From Patescibacteria group bacterium (lineage in GTDB: Bacteria > Patescibacteriota > Patescibacteriia > CAIXNZ01): a stretch of 64,000 bases of DNA. The notes under the pieces are model-generated. The model did not search any database and was not told the origin of the DNA. It saw nothing but the letters and a program-made list of their open reading frames with translations. A program made the position numbers and the translations under genes. How positions within the stretch are numbered: position 1 is the stretch's first letter; every line of letters starts with the position of its first letter. Positions 1 through 8,892 of this stretch are shown here, in pieces. The stretch covers positions 2,653-66,652 of the forward strand of contig JBAZJU010000005.1 of assembly GCA_041651155.1 (NCBI GenBank), given 5' to 3'.

Positions 1-445
1 CAAACATTCATTTTGACCCGTACGCGCGCCCCGGCACCGCACCCGCAACGATTAACTTAAGCGGGTGGCAAAGCCGGGGCGCAATCGCGAATTGTGCCAT
101 CTAGCCAGGACTCAGACAATTATCGACCTGGCAAGGCGCTTTCTCAGCGAAATTCCAACCAAAATTTATATCGAACACGTCGCGAGAGGAGACCCCTCAA
201 ATGAAACGGAACAAAGATAGCCCTGCTCACACTTGTGAGCATCTCAAATCCATATGACCGCCGGCACCAACGACGCCGAGAGCCTCAAACTGGCCTAAAC
301 ATTGTGTTTATGTCCAGAAAAAATAGAGGCTAACCCAGTCTGCCCTGGTTCTAGCCGCACCGTAAAAAAACGATGTTGCAAGAAAAACCGGGCGCATACA
401 AACCTAAATTAACATAGACCCTGGATTAACTAATCCAGGGTCTAA
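1..445 (+). ncRNA. GC-rich (~50% vs ~35% background), non-coding, apparently structured segment truncated by the window edge; ends in a terminator hairpin. Identity unknown (3' part of a structured RNA or intron-like element?).
   Basis: No long ORF on either strand. Local GC is far above the rest of the window. Multiple short helices. Ends with stem-loop CCCTGGATTAACTAATCCAGGG at 419-440. Confidence 0.25.
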
Positions 446-452
446 TTTATTT
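419..452 (+). terminator. Stem-loop followed by a T-rich tract
   Basis: Perfect 9-bp stem CCCTGGATT/AATCCAGGG with a 4-nt loop, then TCTAATTTATTTAATT. Confidence 0.45.
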
Positions 453-457
453 AATTA

Positions 458-556
458 AAAAAAGACAAACCGTCCTTGTGTCATTCAGAGAGAAGCGTGG
501 AATTCTTGAACTAATAGATTATTCGTTTCACTCCGAAAGACGGTTTGTCTTTTTTA
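458..556. repeat. Long IR-flanked hairpin element (termini AAAGACAAACCG / CGGTTTGTCTTT) acting as a bidirectional terminator downstream of hup; same termini as the element at 8159-8264
   Basis: AAAGACAAACCGTC at 461-474 pairs with GACGGTTTGTCTTT at 539-552. T-runs on both strands. Confidence 0.5.
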
Positions 557-572
557 TTTTGGGGAAGTAGTT

Positions 573-854
573 TTATTTACCTTTGAGAGCGTCTTTTAAA
601 GCTTTGCCAGACTTGAATTTTGGAATAACAACTTCTGGAATGTCAATTTTTTCATTCGGCTTTTGCGGATTCACGCCTTTGCGGGCATGCCTGATTTTGG
701 CAGAAAAAGTGCCAAAGCCGGTTAAAACAACTTCTTCTTTTCTTTTCAAACTGTCAGTAATAAGCGCCAGCATGCTTTCCAAAACTTCTTCAGCCTGTTT
801 TTTGGTTAGGTTTGTTTTTGAGGCTAAAGCCTCAATGAGAGCGGCTTTATTCAT
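573..854 (-). CDS. hup: HU/IHF-family DNA-binding protein
   Basis: 93 aa. Typical HU sequence MNKAALIEALA...GFGTF...RKGVNPQ. Confidence 0.9.
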   Translation of the reverse strand: MNKAALIEALASKTNLTKKQAEEVLESMLALITDSLKRKEEVVLTGFGTFSAKIRHARKGVNPQKPNEKIDIPEVVIPKFKSGKALKDALKGK

Positions 855-896
855 ATGGGTTTGAATTATGAATTATGAGATCTGAATTATGATTTA

Positions 897-1700
897 TTAA
901 ATTGTTACTTCAGTATTAATCCTCTCTATTTTTATAGCTTTTTGGGTTTTGGGATTTATTTCCAGATAAACGCCATTAATCTGGCATAAACCTGATTCTG
1001 GAATTTCACCCGGTTCGTTTATTTGGGTTAGATAATTTTTAATAATTATTTTTTTATCCAAGCCAATGACAGAATTTTTTGCGCCTATAAAACCCAAATC
1101 AGATATGTAGGCAGCGCCATTATCTAAAATCCGTTCATCAGCAGTCTGTACATGAGTATGGCTGCCGATTAAGGCTGAAACTCTGCCATCAAGATAATAA
1201 CCCAAGGCTACTTTCTCGCTGGTGGCTTCAGCATGAAAATCCACAATTATGCCTGCTAGTTTGTCCTTTTTGTGGTTCTCCAGGATTTGATTAATGGTTT
1301 TAAACGGGTCGTCAAAATCTTCCCTGAAAAATACTCTACCCACTAAGTTTACCACAAGCAGAGTATTTAGGCCAATTTTAACAATTTTTTCACCTTTGCC
1401 GGTTGTGCCTTCAGGATAATTGGCTGGCCGCAATAAAGGTGAATCTTTTTTGTTTAATATTGCATAAACATCATTTTTATCCCAGACATGATTGCCAGAG
1501 GTAAAAACATCTATGCCAATCTCCTGCATTTCTTTAATCGTTGGTTCAGTCACGCCTTTGCCATGAGCCAGATTTTCAACATTAGCCATAATTAAATCAG
1601 GCTGATATTTATCTTTTAAATCAGGCAGGGCTTTGGTTATGGCCTGGCGGCCGATTTTACCAAAAATGTCGCCGAAGAAGAGGATTTTGATGGGAGTCAT
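897..1700 (-). CDS. ymdB: YmdB-like metallophosphoesterase (2',3'-cyclic-nucleotide phosphodiesterase family, TIGR00282-like); immediately downstream of rny, as in Bacillus
   Basis: Motifs ILFFGDIFG, GNHVWDK, DFHAEATSEK, GSHTHVQTAD. Start placed at the internal ATG (MTPIK); the ORF-track start at 1748 adds an implausible 16-aa leader. Confidence 0.8.
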   Translation of the reverse strand: MTPIKILFFGDIFGKIGRQAITKALPDLKDKYQPDLIMANVENLAHGKGVTEPTIKEMQEIGIDVFTSGNHVWDKNDVYAILNKKDSPLLRPANYPEGTTGKGEKIVKIGLNTLLVVNLVGRVFFREDFDDPFKTINQILENHKKDKLAGIIVDFHAEATSEKVALGYYLDGRVSALIGSHTHVQTADERILDNGAAYISDLGFIGAKNSVIGLDKKIIIKNYLTQINEPGEIPESGLCQINGVYLEINPKTQKAIKIERINTEVTI

Positions 1701-1717
1701 ATGGTTGAAATGACAAA

Positions 1718-1820
1718 TAACCAATAACAAATAACAAATAAATCTCAAATCTCAAATCCCAAATTTTATAGTTTGATTATTGTAATTTGGTATTTGGTTA
1801 TTATTTGGAGCTTGGTGCTT
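1718..1820. repeat. Intergenic repeat, copy A of a ~100-120 nt family (AAATCTCAAAT(C)n ... TTGGTTATTATTTGGAGCTTGGTG); copy B is at 57181-57300
   Basis: Identical ~30-mer TTTGGTTATTATTTGGAGCTTGGTG at both sites, plus shared flanking AAATCTCAAAT and CCAAATTT motifs. Confidence 0.45.
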
Positions 1821-1836
1821 GTATCTTGAGATTTAA

Positions 1837-3360
1837 TTAACGCGCGTATTCAGTCACTCTCATTTCCCTGATCACATTAACCTTAATTTCACCGGGATAC
1901 TTGAGTTCCTCCTCAATTTTGTGAGCAATGTCTTGAGCTAATTTGGCAGCGCCTAAATCATCAATTTCATCCGGAGTGACAAAGACACGCACTTCGCGGC
2001 CAGCCTGGATAGCATAAGATTTTTGCACGCCAGCAAAGGAATTCGCAACTTTTTCCAGTTCTTCCAATCTTTGTAAATATCTCTCATAAGTATCTTTGCG
2101 GGCACCAGGGCGGGCGCCTGAAATAGCATCAGCCACTTTAACAATGATGCCTTCTAAAGTTTTTGGCGCATCTTCATGATGAGCAATACACATGTAGGCA
2201 ATATCTTCAGGCATATTGAATTTTTTCATGATGTCATAACCAATTTCCGGATGTCCGCCTTTGACTTCCTGGTCAACGGCTTTGCCAATATCATGGAAAA
2301 GTCCGCCTTTTTTACAGACAGTGACATTAGCTTTTAATTCTTCAGCCAAAAGGCCAGAAATATGAGCCACCTCTAAAGAATGCAAAAGCACATTATGTCC
2401 ATAGCTGGTTCTGAATTTTAGGCGTCCCAGAATTTGGACTAATTTAGGATCAATGCCAGTGATTCCCATTTCATATAAGGCATCTTCACCGGCTTTCTTG
2501 ATTTCAATGGCAATTTCTCTTTTGGCACTTTCAATGGCTTCTTCAATTTTGGTCGGGTGAATACGTCCGTCTAAAATTAAAGCTTGTAAAGCGCGTTTGG
2601 CCACCTGGCGTCTAATCGGAGAGAAGCCTGAAATGGTAATGGCCATAGGAGTATCATCAACTACAATTTCAGTGCCGGTTAATTGTTCAATGGAACGGAT
2701 GTTTCTGCCTTCACGGCCAATGATTCTGCCTTTCATTTCATCATTCGGCAGATCAACTGTGGTAGTTGTTATTTCCTGAGCATGGGAAATAGAACATCTT
2801 TGAATGACAAGAGATAAAATATCTTTGGCTTTTCTTTCTAATTCATCTTGCCCTTCAGCCTGCAGTTTTCTCATGCGAGCCAGAATATCTTCTTTAATAA
2901 CTCTTTCCGTGTTTTCCAACAGCACATCTTTGGCCTGGTCTTTGGTCATTTTGGCGATCTTTTCCAGCTTTTCCATTTGTTCCTCACGAATTTTAGCGAC
3001 CCTTTCCTTTATTTCTTCCACTTCTTTGGCTCTTTCTAATAACCTTTGCTGTTTGTTTTCTAAATCTAGAAGTTTTTGGTCAAAAATGCTTTCTCTTTTT
3101 TCCAATCTTTGCTGTAAATGCGACAAATCAGCGCGTCTTTGCTGTTCTTCACGCTTGGCTTCATCAATAATTTGCAAAGCCTTGTCTTTGGCCTGGAGCA
3201 AGATTTCTTTCTGTTTGTTTTTTGATTCATTGATTAAATGTTCAGCCTTGGCTTCAGCGCCTTCTATTTCTCTTTTAGCCAGAAATTTTCTGACAAAATA
3301 ACCAATAACAAAACCGGCTACCACGGCAGCTGCTGAAATACTAAATGTTAAAAAATCCAT
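1837..3360 (-). CDS. rny: Ribonuclease Y (N-terminal TM helix, coiled coil, KH and HD domains)
   Basis: 507 aa. KH motif IIGREGRNIRS. HD motif HSLEVAHISGLLAEEL...HDIGKA. Confidence 0.9.
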   Translation of the reverse strand: MDFLTFSISAAAVVAGFVIGYFVRKFLAKREIEGAEAKAEHLINESKNKQKEILLQAKDKALQIIDEAKREEQQRRADLSHLQQRLEKRESIFDQKLLDLENKQQRLLERAKEVEEIKERVAKIREEQMEKLEKIAKMTKDQAKDVLLENTERVIKEDILARMRKLQAEGQDELERKAKDILSLVIQRCSISHAQEITTTTVDLPNDEMKGRIIGREGRNIRSIEQLTGTEIVVDDTPMAITISGFSPIRRQVAKRALQALILDGRIHPTKIEEAIESAKREIAIEIKKAGEDALYEMGITGIDPKLVQILGRLKFRTSYGHNVLLHSLEVAHISGLLAEELKANVTVCKKGGLFHDIGKAVDQEVKGGHPEIGYDIMKKFNMPEDIAYMCIAHHEDAPKTLEGIIVKVADAISGARPGARKDTYERYLQRLEELEKVANSFAGVQKSYAIQAGREVRVFVTPDEIDDLGAAKLAQDIAHKIEEELKYPGEIKVNVIREMRVTEYAR

Positions 3361-3608
3361 ATTTTTTCCTATCGGAAAACAGAGAGCGGATTTAAAGGGA
3401 CATTAAATAAGAGCGATTTTTAAGGGAGAAATCGTCTTGATAGAAGTTTTGACAATAAGGTTTTGTTTATATGAGTTCATGATAATGTATAAATCTTCCT
3501 ATTTAATACCAATAAATTTATGGTCGCAAATCCAAATCTCTATTTTTTTATTTATTAGTGATTTTAGTTTAGCATAAATGATTTATTTAGGCAAGTCAGA
3601 GCTTTAAA

Positions 3609-3637
3609 TTGACTTTTTAGCCTTAAATCTGTATATT
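3609..3637 (+). promoter_or_regulatory. Candidate sigma70-like promoter for infB (TTGACT, 17 nt, TATATT)
   Basis: Near-consensus -35 and -10 hexamers with 17-nt spacing, ~40 nt upstream of the infB start. Confidence 0.35.
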
Positions 3638-3676
3638 TAATGAATAAGCAAATATGAAAAATTTATTTTTTAGCCC

Positions 3677-5677
3677 ATGAATGTTTCAGAATTAGCCAGA
3701 AAATTTAAAGTAACTTCAACTGAACTTTTGGATATATTGCCGGAATTTGGTTTTGATATCGGCAAAAGAGCGATTAAAGTTGATAATAAAGTGGCACAAA
3801 AGATTATCAAAATGGGTCAGAAAATTCAAGACAAAATATCGGAGATTAAGACCGCCAAAAAAGAAGAATTAGCCGAAATTAAAAAAATTCCCGAAACCGC
3901 AGAAGCAATACAGGAAATAAAAATACCGGCGGCTATTACGGTCAGAGATTTTGCCCAGGTCATGAATAAACCCATTAATGCTGTGATAAAGGAATTAATG
4001 AAAAATGGCGTCCTGGCTTCTTTAAATGAAAAAATTGATTATGATACAGCGGCGATTATTGCTGATGAATTTGGCTTAAAAATTTCTTTAGCCGCTGATG
4101 AAGAAGATCAAGAAGAGGCAGGTGGAAAAATTAAAAATATTTTATCTCAAGAAAAAAAATCGCAATTAAAATCCAGAGCGCCAGTTGTGGTAGTAATGGG
4201 CCACGTAGATCACGGCAAAACAAAATTATTGGACACTATTAGAAAAACAAATGTGATGGCTGGCGAAGCGGGCGGGATCACCCAGCATATAGGCGCTTAT
4301 CAGGTGAAAAAAAAGGGGCATTTAATTACCTTTATAGATACGCCAGGCCATGAAGCGTTTACTGCTATGCGTTCCCGCGGAGCTAAGGTCGCAGATATTG
4401 CCATTTTAGTCGTGGCTGCCAATGATAGCGTTAAGCCGCAAACCGTTGAAGCAATTAAAATTATCTCCCAGGCAAAAATTCCCATGATTGTGGCGATTAA
4501 TAAAATTGATTTGCCGGAAGCAGATATTGAAAAAGTTAAAAAAGATCTATCAACTTTGAATCTATTGCCTGAAGACTGGGGCGGACAGACTATTTGCCGG
4601 CCTATTTCTGCCAAGGAAAATATAGGCATTGATGAACTCTTAGATACTATAATTTTAATAACTGAGATGGAGAAAGACAAAATTGTGGCTAACCCAAATA
4701 AAGAAGCGGTCGGCACGATTATTGAAGCGCATATTGATCAAGGCGAGGGTCCAGTGGCAACTATTTTAATTCAAAATGGCACTTTAAAATTAGGCGATAA
4801 TTTATGTATTGAGGAAGCTTTTTTCGGCAAAGCGCGCGCTTTGAAAGATTTTACTAATCAAGACATTGCCGAAGCTTTGCCTTCCACTCCCGTAAAAATA
4901 ATAGGTTTGAAATTTCCGCCCAAAGTAGGAGATATATTAGAGGTGACTTGTAAGATAGAAAGAAGGCATAAAAAGGTCAGGGGCCAGGAAGCTTTTAGAA
5001 GCGAAGCAGTGCGCAAACAGATTTCTAAACGCGCTGAAGAAAGAAATGAAGAAGACCAGAAAAAGTTAAATTTAATAATTAGAGCAGATGTTTTAGGTTC
5101 ATTAGAAGTTATCAGCGAATCAATTGAAAAAATTGAGTCCAAAGAAGTTAAAGCTGACATTATTTTTAAAGGCCTTGGCAGCATTACTGATGCGGATATT
5201 GATTTGGCTTCAAGCACCCAGGCAATTGTTTTGGGTTTTCATGTTAAAGCCACAAGTTTAGCAGATGAATTAGCCAGAGAAAAAAAAGTAGATATAAAAT
5301 ATTACACTGTTATTTATAAATTATTAGATGAAGTCAAAGAAAAATTGTCAGCCTTGCTTTCGCCTGAAATTTTGAGCAAAGAAATCGGCCAGGCAGAAGT
5401 TTTAGCAATTTTTAAAAGTGAGTCCAAGAATATGATTTTGGGAGTCAAAGTTTTGGCAGGCAAAGTCTCCAAAGATTTAAAGGCGAAAGTTTTTCGCAAA
5501 AATGAATTAATTGAAACTGGCGACATTACTGATGTGCAAATTGGCAAAGAAAGAGTGACTGATGCTATGGCTGGCCAGGAATGCGGGCTTAAATTTGTGG
5601 GCAGACCTGAGGTAAAAATTGGCGATCGCCTGGAATTATATAAAGAAGAAGAGATTATGAAAAAAATAGCGACCTAA
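3677..5677 (+). CDS. infB: Translation initiation factor IF-2
   Basis: 666 aa. G domain [29 protein letters not shown]. Conserved C-terminal domains. Confidence 0.95.
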   Translation: MNVSELARKFKVTSTELLDILPEFGFDIGKRAIKVDNKVAQKIIKMGQKIQDKISEIKTAKKEELAEIKKIPETAEAIQEIKIPAAITVRDFAQVMNKPINAVIKELMKNGVLASLNEKIDYDTAAIIADEFGLKISLAADEEDQEEAGGKIKNILSQEKKSQLKSRAPVVVVMGHVDHGKTKLLDTIRKTNVMAGEAGGITQHIGAYQVKKKGHLITFIDTPGHEAFTAMRSRGAKVADIAILVVAANDSVKPQTVEAIKIISQAKIPMIVAINKIDLPEADIEKVKKDLSTLNLLPEDWGGQTICRPISAKENIGIDELLDTIILITEMEKDKIVANPNKEAVGTIIEAHIDQGEGPVATILIQNGTLKLGDNLCIEEAFFGKARALKDFTNQDIAEALPSTPVKIIGLKFPPKVGDILEVTCKIERRHKKVRGQEAFRSEAVRKQISKRAEERNEEDQKKLNLIIRADVLGSLEVISESIEKIESKEVKADIIFKGLGSITDADIDLASSTQAIVLGFHVKATSLADELAREKKVDIKYYTVIYKLLDEVKEKLSALLSPEILSKEIGQAEVLAIFKSESKNMILGVKVLAGKVSKDLKAKVFRKNELIETGDITDVQIGKERVTDAMAGQECGLKFVGRPEVKIGDRLELYKEEEIMKKIAT

Positions 5678-5693
5678 ATATTTTTTTAGATCG

Positions 5694-5948
5694 CTAAGCC
5701 TCGGATTTGCCGGAAATAAATTTAAAGACTGCTGTTGCCAGCCAGATGAAGAATAAACAAAGTAAGGCTAGGCCTGTGCTGATCAGAAAAATAATCAGCA
5801 GTATTAGCAGATAATACCCGATGATTGTGGAGATTATTCCAAGTTGGGTCAGAATGATGTAACTTGGAATTCCTACCAAAAGCAATGCCATAAGACAAAT
5901 GGCCGCTAAGGTTAATTTCCTTAACAGATTAATGGTTTTTGCCTTCAT
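5694..5948 (-). CDS. Small hydrophobic membrane protein (2-3 TM helices), hypothetical
   Basis: 84-aa ORF convergent with infB, strongly hydrophobic, no recognisable family. Confidence 0.3.
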   Translation of the reverse strand: MKAKTINLLRKLTLAAICLMALLLVGIPSYIILTQLGIISTIIGYYLLILLIIFLISTGLALLCLFFIWLATAVFKFISGKSEA

Positions 5949-6015
5949 TTAGTCGCCTCCTTTGATTTTTAGTTATAAGAAATATATCATATTTTAATAA
6001 TTTTGTCAATATACT

Positions 6016-6339
6016 ATGTCTGAAATTAAACTAACCTCAGCAAATTTTGAGGAAGAAGTATTAAAAAGCAAGGTGCCTATTTTGGTTGATTTTTGGGCTG
6101 AATGGTGCGGCCCGTGCAAAATGATGGGCCCTGTTTTAGAACAATTAGCCACAGAAATGGAAGGCAAGCCTGTTAAAATAGCCAAATGCAATGTTGATGA
6201 AAATCAGGATTTGGCGCAGAAGTATAATATTATGTCCATTCCGGCTTTTAAGATTTTTAAAAATGGGCAGGTGGTGGAAGAATGGGTGGGTGCTCAAACA
6301 TTGGAGGGATTGAAATCTAAGTTAGAGAAAATAATTTGA
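6016..6339 (+). CDS. trxA: Thioredoxin
   Basis: 107 aa with the WCGPC active site. Confidence 0.9.
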   Translation: MSEIKLTSANFEEEVLKSKVPILVDFWAEWCGPCKMMGPVLEQLATEMEGKPVKIAKCNVDENQDLAQKYNIMSIPAFKIFKNGQVVEEWVGAQTLEGLKSKLEKII

Positions 6340-6410
6340 TAACGGAACCACTGATTTTATTTGTGCAATCAGTGTATAGAATCAGTGGTTCAGCTAACTT
6401 TATAAAACTT

Positions 6411-7367
6411 ATGCCAGAACAATACGACCTAATCATCATCGGCGGCGGTCCAGCCGGTTTAACCGCTGGAATTTATGCATCCCGCCGCAATTTAAAAACC
6501 CTGATTATTACCAAAAATATAGGCGGTCAGGCCAGTAGTGCCAGCTGGGTGGAAAATTATCCTGGTTTTGACAAGGTTAATGGTTATGAATTAATGCAAA
6601 AATTTCAAAAGCAGGCAGAAAGTTTTGGCAGTGAGTTTAAATATGAAGAAATCGCCAAGGTAGAGAAAAAAAATAAGCATTTTTTGGTCAAGACAGTGAC
6701 CGGCAATGAATTTGAGTCAATCAGCGTAATTTTAACTTTTGGCAAAACCCCCAGCAACTTAAATGTACCTGGCGAAAAAGAATTTACTGGCAAAGGCGTG
6801 GCTTATTGCGCGACTTGCGATGGCCCATTATTTAAAAATAAAATTGTAGCAGTAATTGGCGGTGGAAATTCGGCCTTAGAATCTGCTGATTATATGTCTA
6901 AAATTGCCCAAAAAGTATTTTTAATACATCGTCGCGAGGAATTTAGAGGCGAAGCGATTTTAATTGATCGGATAAAGAAAGACCCTAATATTGAATTAAA
7001 ATTAAATAAAACCGTGGCTGAAATTAAAGGCGATAAGTTTGTTCAGTCAATTATTTTAGAAGATGCGAAGACTAAAGCCAAAGAAGAATTAAAATTGGAC
7101 GGGATATTTGTGGAAATCGGGTATAGCGTTGATGCCAGCGCGATTAAGGATCTGGTTAAAACAAATGAAAAAAATGAAATTATAATTGATGAGGCCTGTC
7201 AGACAAGTTTAGAAGGCGTTTTTGCGGCCGGTGATGTGACTGATATAAAATTTAAACAAATTGTAATTTCCGCTGCTGAAGGAGCCAAGGCAGCTTTGAC
7301 CGCATATAAATATATCCAGGATATTAAAGGGACCAAAGAGGCAATATTTGATTGGGGGAAGAAGTAA
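6411..7367 (+). CDS. trxB: Thioredoxin-disulfide reductase
   Basis: FAD site GGGPAGLTAG. Redox CATCDG. NAD site GGGNSA. ATG at 6411 preferred over the TTG ORF-track start at 6336. Confidence 0.9.
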   Translation: MPEQYDLIIIGGGPAGLTAGIYASRRNLKTLIITKNIGGQASSASWVENYPGFDKVNGYELMQKFQKQAESFGSEFKYEEIAKVEKKNKHFLVKTVTGNEFESISVILTFGKTPSNLNVPGEKEFTGKGVAYCATCDGPLFKNKIVAVIGGGNSALESADYMSKIAQKVFLIHRREEFRGEAILIDRIKKDPNIELKLNKTVAEIKGDKFVQSIILEDAKTKAKEELKLDGIFVEIGYSVDASAIKDLVKTNEKNEIIIDEACQTSLEGVFAAGDVTDIKFKQIVISAAEGAKAALTAYKYIQDIKGTKEAIFDWGKK

Positions 7368-7452
7368 ACCACGGATTTTTGTTCACGGATTGCACGGATA
7401 TGAAAAGGTGATAATTTTAACCACGGATTTTGATCACGGATTGCACGGATAT
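7368..7452. repeat. Tandem direct repeat array: two ~56-bp units, each with three CACGGATT boxes (ACCACGGATTTT-N-TCACGGATTGCACGGATAT)
   Basis: Six copies of CACGGATT within 85 nt, directly after the trxB stop. Confidence 0.6.
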
Positions 7453-7533
7453 TTTGATGCATGAACTCAAAAATTCGGTGCTGGAATGATAGATTTTTTT
7501 CTGTTACTGAATTTAAGTACAACCTTTTCTGCC

Positions 7534-7554
7534 CCCCTCTTTTTTAAGGAGGGG
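7534..7554. terminator. Hairpin CCCCTC-TTTTTTAA-GAGGGG
   Basis: Perfect 6-7 bp GC stem in an AT-rich intergenic region. Confidence 0.3.
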
Positions 7555-7570
7555 AAAGCGTGGATGAGAA

Positions 7571-7750
7571 TTTTGTAAATTTGTATTTAGATTCGTAATT
7601 TCGTAGGGCATATTGACTTTGCCCTTTTTTGTTTTTTTGATAAAATTAAAATGCGAATCTGCGAATTGCCCGAATCTACAAATATGGTTAAGCCAGGGAA
7701 CTATTTGTAAATTTGTAAAAGATTCGTAATTTCGTAGGGTCTTACGTTTT
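7571..7750 (+). repeat. Two copies (7571-7630 and 7701-7750) of a ~40-nt motif TTGTAAATTTGTA..AGATTCGTAATTTCGTAGGG, each followed by its own hairpin and T-run; possible pair of tiny transcription units or sRNAs
   Basis: Direct repeat with conserved core. Each copy ends in a stem-loop plus TTTTTT. A CGAAT-rich spacer lies between them. Confidence 0.4.
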
Positions 7751-7765
7751 TTAACCAATCTAACC

Positions 7766-8158
7766 ATGGACGAGCAAGCCAAAGATTTCATCAACAAAGA
7801 TTTTATCTACGCCATTGTGGGCGCGACAGCCAATAAAAATAAATATGGGCACAAGGTTTTAGTTGATTTAAAGAAGAAGGGTTTTAAAGTTTTGCCAGTT
7901 AATCCCAAGTATGAAGAAATTGCTGGTTTGGTTTGTTATCCTGATTTAATTTCTATTGAGGAAAGGCCTGATGTTGTGGTTATGGTTTTGGGCGAGGAAA
8001 ATGCTAAAAAGATAATGAAAGATTCCATTGATTTAAATTTAAATCGCATTTGGTTTCAGCCTGGCTCTGAATATCCGCCTGCAGTCCAAATGGCCCAGAG
8101 CGCCGGGTTTAAAATCATAATAGGCGAATGCCTGATGGCAGAAACAGAAAATTTATAA
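7766..8158 (+). CDS. CoA-binding domain protein (YccU/YneT-like, PF13380)
   Basis: 130 aa. Rossmann-like GATANKNKYGHKV, typical length and layout. Confidence 0.7.
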   Translation: MDEQAKDFINKDFIYAIVGATANKNKYGHKVLVDLKKKGFKVLPVNPKYEEIAGLVCYPDLISIEERPDVVVMVLGEENAKKIMKDSIDLNLNRIWFQPGSEYPPAVQMAQSAGFKIIIGECLMAETENL

Positions 8159-8264
8159 AAAAAGACAAACCGTAATTTTACAGGCCACTTTAGTGGTCGT
8201 ACGATGACATGGCCTCGCCAATGCGGGCTAAAGTCATCAGTAATGTAAAAGGTTTGTCTTTTTT
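8159..8264. repeat. Second IR-flanked hairpin element (AAAGACAAACCG ... GGTTTGTCTTTTTT) acting as a terminator after the CoA-binding gene
   Basis: The 12-nt inverted termini match the element at 458-556. The ~80-nt interior is unrelated but itself self-complementary (GGCCACT...ATGGCC). Confidence 0.5.
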
Positions 8265-8343
8265 AATTTGCACTGTTTGACATTTTCCGAAAACATGCTA
8301 AGGTAAAATGAAGTCCTTTTAAAATCACAGAAAGGAGCAGATA

Positions 8344-8853
8344 ATGCAGTGCCCGTATTTGGACAAGCTAGACAAAAGGTTTTTAGTCTATAAGACTAAG
8401 AGCTTGTACTTAAACCATTGCACGGCGACTGAATTCAAAAAAGTTTTCGGAGATTTTACTTCTCTCACTTTTAAAAATGAGGAATTTACCCAGTTTACAA
8501 TAGAAAATGATCTGGGAGAAATGTCTATAATTTTTGACAGTGTTAGCGGGTTGTTGATTTATATCAGTTTGGAATTGTATGAAGACATAGCTTTGCCCGA
8601 ATTTTTGACCAGATATGGTTATGAGAAGTATGCCTATTTTGAATTCTTAGGCAACAACTATTTAGCTTTTAACCAGAATTTGGCTGTCAGGCTGAGCTTG
8701 AAAACTAAATTGGTCGTAAGTTTGTCTTTTGCCAATAGCAACTATGTCCAAAAAGCTGAAACAGAATTTTTTGAAGCAATGAAAAAAGCTTTGGAAAACA
8801 TGGAGGTTGAGAACGCAGGCGCGCCAAAGGTGATCTGCTTAACTGTCCAGTAA
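8344..8853 (+). CDS. Hypothetical protein, tandem paralog A (169 aa)
   Basis: SD AAAGGAG upstream. Shares ALPxL...G....AFNxN and FEAMKK motifs with the next gene. Confidence 0.55.
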   Translation: MQCPYLDKLDKRFLVYKTKSLYLNHCTATEFKKVFGDFTSLTFKNEEFTQFTIENDLGEMSIIFDSVSGLLIYISLELYEDIALPEFLTRYGYEKYAYFEFLGNNYLAFNQNLAVRLSLKTKLVVSLSFANSNYVQKAETEFFEAMKKALENMEVENAGAPKVICLTVQ

Positions 8854-8892
8854 AAGCCCTGTACCACATAGGATGCAAGGCGGGGAGGAATC

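Noticed and set aside
1-445. Interpretation of the GC-rich start segment as the 3' end of 23S rRNA or a group II intron domain V
   Set aside because: The sarcin-ricin loop (AGUACGAGAGGACC) and GCAUCUAAG motifs are only approximated. A DV-like 3' half (CGCGTACGGGTC, minus strand) has no matching 5' half in range. Not supportable without a covariance search.
583-864. Antisense and overlapping ORF-track ORFs inside well-supported genes (e.g. 583-864 +, 1953-2144 -, 2804-3301 +, 4300-4716 -, 4858-5217 -, 11486-12376 various, 16034-16393 -, 25684-26050 -, 54225-55617 -, 59545-59874 -, 61896-62237 -, 62664-63185 -)
   Set aside because: They overlap genes with clear homology on the other strand or frame, and their products are low-complexity or Ser/Leu-rich with no motifs. 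Typical shadow ORFs.
7368-7452. CRISPR array
   Set aside because: Only two repeat units, ~56 bp with internal sub-repeats and no unique spacers of 30-40 nt. No cas genes anywhere in the window.
7199-7797. Minus-strand ORFs 7199-7522 and 7513-7797
   Set aside because: They span the trxB 3' end, the repeat arrays and the terminator hairpins, and have no start context. Products look like translated AT-rich intergenic sequence.
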